A DNA stretch of 64,000 nt from Felis catus (taxonomy: Eukaryota), in the NCBI RefSeq assembly GCF_018350175.1, contig NC_058368.1, forward strand, positions 186,622,001 through 186,686,000, in the 5' to 3' direction. Made by a program: the position numbers and the translations under genes. This document shows positions 62,756-64,000 of the stretch, piece by piece; position 1 is the stretch's first letter; each line of letters starts with the position of its first letter. Under the pieces are notes generated by a model. That model saw only the letters and a list, made by a program, of their open reading frames with translations. It had not been told where the DNA came from and did not search any database.

Positions 62756-64000
62756 GACAGTTCTCTGCCTCTTCTATGTTACTTCAGGACTTAGGGCTAA
62801 TGCATAGGGAAAAAAAAGCAGGGTTGGGTAGTGGGGAAGAATGCTTGTAACCATAACCCAGTCTGGTTTATATGGTTCTAGACAGAACCGTGTAAAGAGT
62901 TTAAGGCAGTCACTGACACATAAGGACTTTGAAATGGCAGCTATTACTGTTGTGGTTGTGGTTATTATTATTGTTTATATTATTAATTGGTTTATTTTAC
63001 CTGTATCATCAGCTTAATTGCTTGAGCTCTGCAAACTTAAGGAAGCTTAAGAAACACATTAAGGAGTTAAACTTGCAGGAACAGCCACCAGAGCACTCTG
63101 CTTCCATACAGAGAAAACAAATAGTGAATATTGCATTGAAATCCAAAAAGAGAAATCATCTTTAAAGCACAAAATCTAACATTTTACTTGATTATGATCA
63201 ATTTCCTCTCCTCTTACATAAGATTTGAATTTGAAAATGCTAATAACACAAAAAATGGGTTATCTGTGATGTAGGATGAATGCTGGGCCATGACTTGATG
63301 GTGTCCTTACTAAGATGCCACTTGGTAATCAAGTCTGACCCACCCTAGGCAGATTATTTTGAGCTCTCAAGGCCTAGAAATGATTTGACAGCAGAACATT
63401 AGTGTCTAGCAGTCCATCTAAAGAGCAGAGTGAAGAATAAGATGCAATTAAGGAGTCAGAGCAATCACTCAGAGTGTCTTTGGAATGCTTTCATTGCTGA
63501 ATTTAAACAGTTGTAGCTGACAAGCGAGTCTCTCTCCCTCTTGGAAAATCCCCATAACTAATTGGCATTGACTGTTCTCAGTCTTGCACTTTTGCAAACA
63601 TACAGGACTGTGTGGCGTGTAGTCCATTCTGATTGTGGACTGATAGACTTCTGATTGTGGTCACTGAGTTAGTCATGAGACAAAGGCCTGCTTTCCTGTT
63701 GCACATTAGGTCCTGCTGCTTCCCCAAAACGTTTGTCTGCTTTAAAAGGCAATTTGACCTGGTTGTTATTGAAAATGTTTTTCTTCTCTTCTGGAAATTT
63801 TTTTGGAGGAAAAAAAAAAAAAGATTAATCCACTAAAGGGCAAGACATAGCTCCAAGGGACTATGTACCTTTTCCAGTACTTATCTGGTTTGGGGGGAAC
63901 CTAACTAAAGCACCCTAAAATGTGTGACTAACTCTAGCATTTTATGGAATTATTGCATTGGATGGATATTTTTTATGTCCTCAAAAAATGTCTCTGGTCA

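Overview
AT-rich mammalian genomic DNA, almost certainly from a felid. It carries about 26 carnivore tRNA-derived SINEs, several with Felis-type (SINEC_Fc-like) diagnostic sequence and long target-site duplications, on a background of old L1, L2, L3/CR1, MIR, MLT1/ERVL LTR and hAT-family DNA transposon fossils. I could not support any intact protein-coding gene, RNA gene or CRISPR array; most listed ORFs are SINE, L1 or microsatellite read-throughs. Recognisable non-routine content: (1) a full-length processed pseudogene of UBE2V1 at 22928-23567 (+), with 2 stops and 3 frameshifts; (2) a degraded Ty3/Gypsy-type (or class III ERV-type) integrase fossil at about 60375-61680 (+), visible only by stitching reading frames; (3) an unexplained CpG-retaining but AT-rich patch at 17570-17830 with MYB- and CRE-like motifs; (4) a few minus-strand exon-like segments and transcription-factor motif clusters. 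Repeat subfamily names, alignments and boundaries were assigned by eye from recalled consensus sequences and need RepeatMasker/Dfam or BLAST confirmation.
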